Notes under the pieces: generated by a model
Database searches by the model: none
The model's input: the letters and a program-made list of their open reading frames with translations, nothing else
Told to the model about the DNA's origin: nothing
Made by a program: the position numbers and the translations under genes
Shown: in pieces, positions 54,229-64,000 of the stretch
How the letters are laid out: every line of letters begins with the position of its first letter
Numbering within the stretch: the first letter of the stretch is position 1
Source: Paecilomyces variotii
Taxonomy: Eukaryota
Direction: 5' to 3' (one strand)
Assembly: GCA_004022145.1 (NCBI GenBank)
Contig: RCNU01000003.1
Length of the DNA stretch: 64,000 nucleotides

Positions 54229-55584
54229 TCACAATTCATCCTTGGTCTGGACGGGCGGAGGTATAGGTCGACCACTGTCCTTTCCAAGGTCGACACCGTT
54301 CTTCTTTCGCCATTTCTCCCACAAGGCATAAAACTCTTTCTCCATTCCGCTCTCCATCTGGTCCGGCAGTACGACCGTGTACTCGACGTATAGTGATCCG
54401 ACCTCATCCCCGGTATGTTCGTCAATATGGCCGTCGTGGTAGACAGGCATGCCTTCGCCCTTGACCGTTTCCACAGATTTCGGTTGCACAACTTGACCAC
54501 GTTTTCGGCCGAGCTGGACAACATGGCCGTCAAGATGAGTGATGTTCCGCGTCCATTCACCCATCCAGGCCTCTCGCAGGGAGAGAACCTCCTTCCAGAA
54601 GAGATCCTGGCCCTTTCGCCGGAAAAAGGTACCATCAGTGCGCTCTTCGTCGGTAGCGCCCAGCTCAGGTTCCTTCTCTGACAGGATCACAATCAGGTCG
54701 CCCGCGACCCAGTCAGGACTCTCGTCCGCTTCATTCTCGAACACCAGACGCGTACCCTTATCCATACCGGGTTCGACGGTTGCGGAGATTTGGACCGGCT
54801 TGCGCACAACACGGTGTCCGTGGCACACCGGGCAGGGTTTCTTGATCGTCTTTCCCTTTCCACCGCACTTATCACAGTGCATCTGTACTTGCTGGAACAT
54901 TCCAGGAGCAAGCATGTGCTTCTGTATGACGACTCCGCGGCCGCCACACTTGTCGCATGTTTCGACCTTTCCGTCAGCGGACCCAGAGCCCTCGCAAGTT
55001 TCGCAAATCTGTTGTTTATCAATCGAAAACTCCACTTCCTTGCCCGTGTAAAAGTCTCGCAGCGGTAGATCTAGACGGACTTCCATGTCGGGCCCTTTGC
55101 GGTGACCGCCCGCATGGCCGAAGTGGCCTCCACCCCCGAAAAAGCGCGAGAACAAGTCGAACGGGTCGTGAGCGCGCGGTCCGCCGCCCTGCTGATGCTG
55201 CTTGAGCCCTTCATGTCCATGCTGATCATAGATCTTGCGCGTCGATGGCACCGACAGCGTCTCGTAAGCTTCAGCTATCTCGACGAATCTCTTCTGGGCA
55301 GTTTCATCTCCGCTATAGTGATCCGAGAAAATGCATTAGCTAGACGGAAAGCGCATACGATACAAACAATCCGAAAACACCAATCCACATCACTACACCA
55401 GAATCGCTACTTACGGATTCTTGTCCGGATGGTACTTCTTGCTCAGGGTTCGATAAGCTTTCTTGATATCCCGTTCGGAGGCAGACTTGTCCAGTCCGAG
55501 TATCTTATAATAATCCTCTGCGCATAACGACAATGGAAGTAAAAGTAATAAAGAAAGCGCCGCGAGCATACGGAGTAGAAGCAT
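54229..55584 (-). CDS. SCJ1: ER-lumenal type I DnaJ/Hsp40 co-chaperone (Scj1)
   Basis: Signal peptide, J domain with YHPDKNP across intron 55414-55313, G/F region, four CxxCxGx(G/R) repeats, C-terminal KDEL. Confidence 0.92.
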
Positions 55585-56521
55585 GGTGCCGTCTAGTGAT
55601 AGCTGCCAGCGCAGCTCAGACGAGGGTGGGTGCAGCGCAAGTAGCTATCGATATCTGTCCGATACTTGACCAGGACGGCAGCTGAATTTATCTGGCCGCT
55701 GAAATTCAGGGCTGTAGAGGAAATGGGCCACTCATCCAGCTCTGTTCTGGGACACAGAAGCTCCAGAACAAATACTGGAAGCGTGAAAAGGCGAAGACAA
55801 ATTGGCCAGATTGGAATTGAGTGGAATAGAGCAGACCAGATCAACGGCAGCTGTAACTAATTATTACCCGCCGCGGCCAAAGCTTTCGATTAGGTGTCCG
55901 CAAGCTGGTCGGTGCATCATTTGTCCGGTTCCGTGATGCACGTGATGCCCCTCAGCTAGAGTATTAATATTGTTCCTGCTGCCTGCAGTGTAACACATCT
56001 AGACTTTCTTTTGGAGAATATTTTGTACAATCTCATATTTCACTTTAGTAGACGGTATACTTGACAATGATAAGAAAGTCAACAAACTATCATTACGGGG
56101 GATCTTCCACACAGGTGGATTGCTCTGCGGTGACACTATGCGAGAATGCTGGTTTGGTGAGTATGGGTCTCTTTCTGACTTGTTTCACTGCGCAATAAAG
56201 GTATACTCGCAGACCTCCATGACCATATACACAAATAATGATACCGCTCATTGTCTCGGTGGAGAAGAAACCAGGGCAGCTACAAAAACGGTATAAATCA
56301 CATCTCAAAAAAAAAGTCGAAGGACTTGAAACTAATAAAGTATCGTATATTCAATCGCACTTACCCAGCTACTGGAGCAAATAAATTGAAAAGAATAGTC
56401 TAGTCTAGTTTACCTTCCAACATGGAAAGATTCTCAACAGATAACTACTGCAGTCGGGATATAGTTCCCAGATCATAACTTGATTGGTCCTCGTCCAGAT
56501 TCCTGCTTAGTCATCACTCTA

Positions 56522-56588
56522 GCTCATCGCCCCGATCGCCGGCAAAACGTGCTTACCGCCTTTTAGATATCGATACCGAAAATTTTCG
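56522..56588. promoter_or_regulatory. PAC-like and RRPE-like ribosome-biogenesis motifs upstream of IMP3
   Basis: GCTCATCGC (reverse complement GCGATGAGC) at 56522-56530 and palindromic CGAAAATTTTCG at 56577-56588, ~160-225 bp before the IMP3 ATG. Confidence 0.55.
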
Positions 56589-56746
56589 ATAGAGAAATTG
56601 TTCAAGCGACGGTGACTACGACCTGAAGAACCAACTGAAGGTTATCGCATTACGTCCTCTAGATAATCCGTCGCAACTTCATCTGATCATCGACCGAAAA
56701 TACTTTTCTTGAAGGTGAATACGCCGCATCTGAACAAACCGCAACC

Positions 56747-57501
56747 ATGGTCCGAAAACTTAAGCATCACGAGCAGCGGTATGTATCCATCCATGACTTC
56801 GGTCTCCATATCCTTTGAGCTAGAGAATAATCCCTCCATTACGATGAATCATCATAACTAACCCCGCTAGACTCCTCCGCAAAGTCGACCTCCACAACTA
56901 CAAATCCGACGCCGGCCATCGCGAACATGCCGTCCGCCAGCGCTACTACCTCCAAAATCCCATGGACTACAAGAAATACAACTCCCTCGCTGGCTCTCTG
57001 CGACAACTCGCACACAAGCTCTCCGCGCTGGACCCCGAAGACCCCTTCCGGAGAAAGACCGAGACCGAACTCCTCGAGAAGCTATGGACAATGGGGATCT
57101 TGAAGCAGAGTCGCGAGCAGGGCGCGGGATTGAGTAAGGTCGAGAGGGAAGTGACTGTTTCGGCATTCTGTAGGAGACGGTTGGCGGTTATGATGGTTAG
57201 GTCGGGGATGGTGGAGACTATTAAGGCGGTATGTTGCCCCCCCCCCTTCACCCCTCCCCTTGCGGCGAGTTGGTCCTTCTGAAGAAGCTGGGAGAGGATG
57301 GAAGATGCTGATATTTGCATCAATCAGGCCGTCACATTCATCGAACAAGGCCACGTGAGAGTCGGCACGGAAGTCGTTACGGATCCTGCTTATCTCGTGT
57401 CCCGCAGTATGGAGGACTTCGTCACATGGGTCGATTCCAGCAAGATCAAGCGCACCATCATGCAGTACCGCGACAAGCTGGATGATTTCGAACTGCTGTG
57501 A
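56747..57501 (+). CDS. IMP3: U3 snoRNP protein Imp3 (S4-domain)
   Basis: [17 protein letters not shown]..., [51 protein letters not shown]. Introns ~56779-56870 and ~57229-57327. Confidence 0.95.
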
Positions 57502-58314
57502 GCGCGGTGGCTTCACTCTCCGTGCGCACTTGGCGTGTTGTCGTTGATATTGGAAGTTGCTAGCATATGCAATTAGCATGTGCTTTTTTCATACCCGTGG
57601 TGATTGTCAGATAGGCAAGGGTTTAGGATACGAAGATGAGAGGACGGATCGACCGAGAATGATTCGGTTGTCTACCACATGCATTGCGACGGCGTTTATA
57701 GGAATTTCTCTGCGTCCCGGGAAAAAGAAAAGGATTATTGTTCAACATTAGGGTTATGATCTAGTTAGATAATAACAGATGATATCATCATAAATAGCGC
57801 GCTGAGCTATCCTTCGTAACGAATAGAAGACTATAGATCCACTGCTATTGCGACCTTGGCCCATACAAGACATAATGTAAGGTAATATATATTATTGTTT
57901 GTATTCAATAATCAAACTATTCGTGTATGTTCATATACTCTTGTCATCGTATGTACGGGTATCACAGTCTTGTGGCTGCCACTTCAAGGCGCCGGATGCA
58001 ATGTAGTAACGCAAACGAAGTGGTATCATCAATAAAGTATGCAGGAAATCGCACAACACTCCAGCCCCCTCGCTCAAATGCAATAATTAACACTCAAGGG
58101 AAATGCCCCTAAAAAGAAAGCCGAAAGAAAAGTACCACAGGCGGATAGTCACCCAGGGCTTAGTTGTGATGCACCTGCGCATTAGTGTGGAGCTTTATGA
58201 TTTTGGTGAGACAGAAAGCCCGCCATATGGAGAAAAGAGAAAGGAAATCAACAGAACACCGGTGGCATGGAATGGGCGTAGAAGGTCGCTTCGAATGGGG
58301 TAATTATAATGAAA

Positions 58315-59655
58315 TTAACGCGTCGACATCGCTCGTCTCTTTGTCTTCAGACAGCGCCAGGTTCCGCGGTCGCTGGAAGAGCTTGATTTACTATGCCTGT
58401 TCTCGAGCATGTCGTAGAAACTCGAATCGTCTTGACCGTCGCCACCCAACCCGACAAGGGACTTCTCGTGGCATTCCATGTCGCCAAAAGGTTCCTCGTC
58501 CGGGACATCTAGCCTGAAACGCCGCACGCTTCCTTCGTAGTTGGGCTTGCCGTGTTTTCCTACTTCATAGAAGGGCGTTCTCTTGGAGCCTGATTGGCAC
58601 CACCTGGGCGCGAAACGTCTCCAAAGTCCACGGACGCCCCGAGTGGAACGATCGATTTTCTCGTACTCGCGCTTCCGCGTGGACGGGGAGGTCCAGTCGA
58701 TCACAGTAGCAGGTGTTGGCTTATGTGGGCGCTCATATTCCGAGTAAGTCTTACTTTGCCGTCCCACGGAGTGAACAAGAACAGAATCGGCGTCTGAACG
58801 CTCGGAATCGGAAGCGTGCTCTGATGCAGCCTCAAGAGCAGAGGGCGGATACCGCCGCGACTTGACGGGAGATGTTGCAGAAGGAGATGGTATAGAGATC
58901 CATTCAGGCGTCGAGCGTGCAAAGTCGTGCGCCGGCGCAGTGTTGGCGCGAGGTGGACGTGAAGGACGGAGAGGATCGTTTATTTCAATGCTATGCCGTA
59001 ACACCGGACGGCCGATCTCCTGCTGGATTCCAGTCCAGCTGCTTCCGCTCTCCTGGAATATTCGACAACTTTCACGATGCAGGGAAATCAATTCATCCCG
59101 TTTCTGTCGCGACATGACTGTTCTGCCACTCCGATGAGAGCTGGAAGGAGACAAGGAGCCGTATGTTGGCTGCCGCGTAGGTAGCTGCAGGGAACTTCGA
59201 GCACTAGCCGGTGCTGATCTTCCGGCAGTACTCCTAGAGGTAGACCGGTTATGGCGCTTGGATGTTGATGATGCGCGAGAACTGGGTTTCTTCGACCGGG
59301 CGGTTTCTATTGCAGTTCCAGATTTGATCAGGCCCTGCGGTTCTTGCTTGCCTTCCTTGTCATCGACGGAAGAGCTGCTAGTTAAACCCGGAGACAGAGG
59401 AGGCGACATGTTGTCTAGGTCAGTGAGTTGAACAGTGGTGTAGACGCCCTGGTACAGGTCCGGAGAGAGGACTGTTGTAGTGCCATCCAAGTCTGCAATC
59501 ATGGGTATATCAAGAGGGGGCTTGAGGATGGCATCGCTGCAGGGCGCAGTATGTAACTGGACAAAAGGGTGGGATATGAGGTCAATGTGCTGCCGCTGTT
59601 GTTGGTTGCTATGAATGTTCTGCTGTTGCCAGTTGCATGTGAAAGCGGTGGTCAT
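58315..59655 (-). CDS. Hypothetical Ser/Arg-rich protein (446 aa)
   Basis: Long uninterrupted ORF with islands such as LHRESCRIF, TVIDWTSPSTRKREYEKIDR and YEGSVRRFRLD. Confidence 0.7.
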   Translation of the reverse strand: MTTAFTCNWQQQNIHSNQQQRQHIDLISHPFVQLHTAPCSDAILKPPLDIPMIADLDGTTTVLSPDLYQGVYTTVQLTDLDNMSPPLSPGLTSSSSVDDKEGKQEPQGLIKSGTAIETARSKKPSSRASSTSKRHNRSTSRSTAGRSAPASARSSLQLPTRQPTYGSLSPSSSHRSGRTVMSRQKRDELISLHRESCRIFQESGSSWTGIQQEIGRPVLRHSIEINDPLRPSRPPRANTAPAHDFARSTPEWISIPSPSATSPVKSRRYPPSALEAASEHASDSERSDADSVLVHSVGRQSKTYSEYERPHKPTPATVIDWTSPSTRKREYEKIDRSTRGVRGLWRRFAPRWCQSGSKRTPFYEVGKHGKPNYEGSVRRFRLDVPDEEPFGDMECHEKSLVGLGGDGQDDSSFYDMLENRHSKSSSSSDRGTWRCLKTKRRAMSTR

Positions 59656-62600
59656 GGTTCCTGAGTCGTTCTGACCCCAACTGGCAAAGAAGTCTAACGA
59701 ATGACTGGCCGATCAGCTGGTGCACTGAAGAATCTTGGTCCAAGCACATGTCACACAAACCTCGTTTCAGACTTGGAGAACAAGTGGCGCCAATAAGAGG
59801 GTGACCTTCGGGCTCCTAGGCGGATATAGTTGTTTGTCGTCCAGTGTAAATAAAGTATGTCGTAAAAGGTCCGGATAACACGGGACGTTGATTTGCTGCA
59901 ACACTCAACTGTCGATTCACAGAAACTATGCTTTAGAAGATCGACAATGCGCATATAAGAGCACCTTGCTCTTTGCTTTCCGGAATATTCCTATGTTGCT
60001 TTAATTGTCACTGTATTCGTCAACAACGGTGGCAGTGTCCTGGGGCGTTGAGACACCAGCCACACTCGCGATAAGATCCGGGCCAGACTGGTGGGGCCGA
60101 TCCCTGCCGAACCGCTGGAATGAAGAGAGTAGAAGGGAGAGAGAGAGAAATGGTCTCAGGGAAGAAATATTATCAAACGATAGGATAGAAGTCGTAGAAG
60201 GGTGATGCGACTTGTGGGATGTGACGAAGTCGACCTCGGAATAAAGTACTCGATAACGGTCCTGCCAGCCGTATCTCTTTCTGGCGCACTCGGAGGAGAC
60301 GATCAACGCCTCGAGGAATGTAGTGATGGGTGTGTCTGTGGCATGCCCGCCGGTGGCAAGGCGACAGGGTCGAGGCGGTGACAGGATATGATTGGGGTCT
60401 GGTAAGATAGCTTGACACCCGAATGACACTCACGAGGAAAGCAAGGGTCGTTGTCCGCTCTATATACGAACCTTGACCGGCGTGGTGGTCGACTCTTCCC
60501 GTCTGGGATCTTCGTCTTTGTCTTGGTGGCAGCATTAGCGGCCACGCCCCGCGCTTGTAGAGTAGAAGTCGCAGTTCTTCAATCCAGTAGTAACTGACTA
60601 TTTCTCCGTATCCGACGGTCAGTAACCTAACTCAGGTGTCCATGACGGACTTCTCAAGTCTCTCCAGACCGCCCACAAGGCTCAACCATCCAGGGTCCAG
60701 ACTCGTTGGCGCTCACGCCGGACCCGAAGTAGTCGAGGATCATGGGCCAGTCTGCTCTAGTACCTGCAGTCTCACTCGAAGGGGTTAAAAAAACAGTAAA
60801 AAAAAAAGGTTTTAACGTCTGACGCTTGGTGAAGAGACCATACAGAAGACCTGCTGTGCCGCCCTCATGGATCATTGGGCGGTGCTGCTCTGCTTCACTG
60901 CAGCCAGCCGATACTGGTCAACCTTCGTGGTCTCTAACAGTCTGACCGACTGACCCTGCCCCTCACGGGCCGTGAAATTTGGAATTGAAGCGCGGGCGCC
61001 AAAGACAAGAAGCACTGGAGGGTCATGCACCAGCTATCCGCCGTGATTTGCTTTTGGCGCCGACCTCAGTCATGACCGTTCTTCGTTGGATAGACGGATC
61101 GCCATGGCGGATGGCCCACGTCGGCCGACTCGTAGTGGCATTCCTGGACATTCCTGGGCATGACTGGCCGGGACTGACACCGTAGAGCATCACAGAGCAT
61201 GGCATGGCAAAGTTAATCGTCACCCTACGCAGCTAGGTCTCCCAAGTTCCAAGTGAGCGCAGCTGCTGGTGACGGTGATCGATTATCATTGTCCTGTTTT
61301 CTTCGTGGGCTTTTCCCTTCCCGCACCGCCCAAGCCACGAGCTCACCGCCTCTCCCAGCCCGTTTGACCAAGTCGGCCTCCACCTAGATAAATCGTCCTC
61401 AGGCTAAGAACAAGTCTATTTTCTGTTTTATTCTACGTCTACTCCGTAGTTTACTCCATACTGCTCGATCCGGTGGTTAGTATTATTATTACCTGTCCGT
61501 CAAAATGATGATGGGTCACTCCGGCGACACGCTGGGCTACCGCCTTGTTTCTGGCATTGTTGTCCAACCACTCTCCGTGTTGACACTGTTTCATCTTTGT
61601 TTTTGTCATATTCTTTGCCATCACGCCGGTAGGCGCCATGTACTGACTGGTTCCTGGGTGCCTGGCCAAATATAGAGTATCTATTCTAAATACAGCGCTG
61701 GAACGCAAAGCTGGAGCAGGGTACTGTACCTGACGTCTCAGACCAGCCACGAGCCTGTTCAAGGGCTATGACTCGTCCCGGGAGCGTCCGTCGACGGGAC
61801 TTCGCATGGTTTCCGCGCCCCATCCAGGGTTCGTTGATTAATCAACCCTCAGAACTGTGAGTCGGCCGGTATTTGGTAGCTCAATCGACGGCTTCTCTTC
61901 ACCTCCACTGCACTCGACATGGGCGATCCGATCCAATCATGCGAAAGCACCACAACCACGCGAAAAACCCCATCACTCACTGCTGCAGTTCCTGGTGAGC
62001 AGTCCCTTTTTTAGGGCGAGTGGAGTGAATTCCCACCATAGTTGAAAATTCCATGCTGATTTTCGATCTGACATTATTATTGTCCACAGCCAGGTACACA
62101 CCGAACTAAGAGAGACCTCCACAACTCCGCACCAGTATTGGGGGGGGGAGTCAGAACAATCTGGAAAATGTTGGGGACGAACTAAGCAGAGCAGTGTGCT
62201 GTGTCGCGGACAGACAGGCTGAGAAGTTAGAACAGACAACTCATCGTCGTCGACACTGAGCATAGGAGGTTCTTCGATCACCTCCACTTCATTATTGTAT
62301 GCATTTTCTCCGACTGGGGAAACAAAAAAGAATAAAGTAAAGTAACGGTGAGTGCCGAGTCTCGGCAGAAAACGGAACGGTCCTTTCAACGCAATATATG
62401 GTAAACTCTCGGTGCGTCGCAAACCATATGCATGTACGGGATGCAAGCGTATGGACCTATCTAGTAGTTAGAGTCTATGTCAGAAAACACGAGCAATAAA
62501 CTCCCAAGGTCAGAAGGGAAAACACAAAACGCACAGAAAAGGCGTCATGTGTTTAAAATCGCAAATTTTTATTGTAGACGTTACCGAGGCATATTAATCA

Positions 62601-63265
62601 CGAGGACGATCCCCGGGTTTTTTTGCTCTTCTGTCATATGTACTGTACATAGCTTTTGTGATGGTCCTCATGAGCGAACATCGAGTCAGTTGTCCAAGCA
62701 TCGATAGACGTGTTTGGCACATTATTACGATAGTTCTAGACATCTGACAATCTGAGGATAACACGAAAAAAGGAATCACAATATCACCCCTCCATGACCA
62801 AATAGCAGAAAAAGCTCCGGTCTCCCTCAGCGATTGAATAGGGCTCTGGGGAAACGTTCGCTTTGGTCATGTATATGTGTTATTTTAAGGCCAGGGTTCA
62901 AGTATCTTCCAAGTTATAGTAGTTCAGCTTCTACTTCGACGTTTGTGCCCTGTAACCCGGAAAGGGGGACCGAGGAAACTATCCAGAATCCTTATAATTC
63001 CCCTTGGTATCTGAAGGCTAAACCAATAATTCACTTCTAATCTCAAGACTTGTCTACAGAATAGGGGCCGATTAGGGCAAGTTATAGACAGTGTCTCACT
63101 GCGCTGGTGTTATATGTTGTATACCGATCCAGAAATAGACATAGGTATTTATAACAATTCGTTTTCATTCATGCTTCAACACCCAATTCTAGCGGGCAGT
63201 AAATATTCGTTAGTTATAACATTCATCATAAACAAAATGATACATATACTCAAGATGCAGTTCGA

Positions 63266-64000
63266 CTAAAGGGTATACTCGAATTCAGGGTTCTCCATGT
63301 CAGTGAGATCGAGCCATCTGGGTAATAATTGTTAGCTTTCACGTTCCTTTTTTTGTCTACGTGTGGGTTAAAACAAATGGCTGGTACATACTCTTGGTTC
63401 GCCAACCTGACATAAGAAGGATCCGCGCGAGTCTCGGCTTTCTGCGCATTCTGTCGACGGTACCACCACCAGATGAAGTACAAGTCCAGCAGACATACAC
63501 CCCAGCACACGATGATGGTGATTTCAGCTGGGACGTATCGTGGAGCATCTTGCGGACGGAAGACTTGGGGACCAATAATGTTACCGACACAGTATCCGAT
63601 CAAGTAGAATGCTGCTACCGTAGTCTTCTTGGTGTAGCCGGCAACGTTACTCGAGACGAGAGACAGCAGCGCCACGAATGGAGTTGGGCTTGCCTGGGTC
63701 ATGTAATATCCGATCAGACGACCAACATTGTTGGACAGCGGCAGGGCGACAATGAGAATCATTCCAACGATCGAGCACACCAGGCCTCCAGAACCGCAAA
63801 GAAGTCGCTGTCCGAAACGATCTCCAAGATATCCGTTCAAAACCAAAGCGACGACTTCCACCGCTCCACCTGGAACTCCGTATAGCAGACTCTGTTCAGA
63901 CGTATAGCCGAAACTCACAATCTATAAAGTAAGATTAGTAGCGATACAAGAAATACTTAACATTGTCTCTTGACTTACCAGTTGGCTGAAGAAGTTGCTA
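63266..64000 (-). CDS. MFS allantoate permease family (Dal5-like) transporter, 3' part only
   Basis: SSNVAGYTKKTT, IGYCVGNIIGPQVF...DAPRY. Last exon after intron ~63389-63319 gives WLDLTDMENPEFEYTL*. Gene runs off the window. Confidence 0.9.

Noticed and set aside
45321..55527. Long antisense/overlapping ORFs over malic enzyme, DUF4449-like gene and SCJ1
   Set aside because: Shadow ORFs expected from GC-rich codon usage of the real genes.
1..64000. tRNA, 5S rRNA, CRISPR arrays
   Set aside because: None recognised by eye; the sequence is eukaryotic. tRNAscan-SE/Infernal were not run.

Overview
Fungal genomic DNA, probably Eurotiales (Aspergillus/Penicillium/Talaromyces-like; inferred from gene content and intron style), with two compartments. 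(1) 1-~29.46 kb is a very AT-rich block made almost entirely of nested Ty3/Gypsy LTR retrotransposons destroyed by RIP-type C>T/G>A mutation. Reading through the RIP damage, I can reconstruct two complete elements with paired LTRs and target-site duplications (898-8650, 16489-25122), their two interrupted hosts, an older gag remnant, and three copies of a ~340-bp LTR. (2) ~29.5-64 kb is euchromatic. Next to the boundary lie a RIP-damaged amidoligase-like pseudogene, a catechol O-methyltransferase-like gene, two Zn2Cys6 transcription factors and an Old Yellow Enzyme-family oxidoreductase. After a ~4-kb gene-free gap come a malic enzyme, a DUF4449-like protein, an orphan ToxD/enoyl-reductase 3' fragment, a small secreted Cys-repeat protein, SCJ1, IMP3, a hypothetical protein and the 3' part of a Dal5-like MFS permease. 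I found no tRNA, rRNA or CRISPR features. I could not demonstrate a wholly new system. The best leads are RIP leakage into a host gene, extra (including antisense) coding capacity and a C2H2 finger in the retroelements, and the boundary-adjacent COMT/2xTF/OYE group. Family calls come from motif recognition by eye, not database searches.
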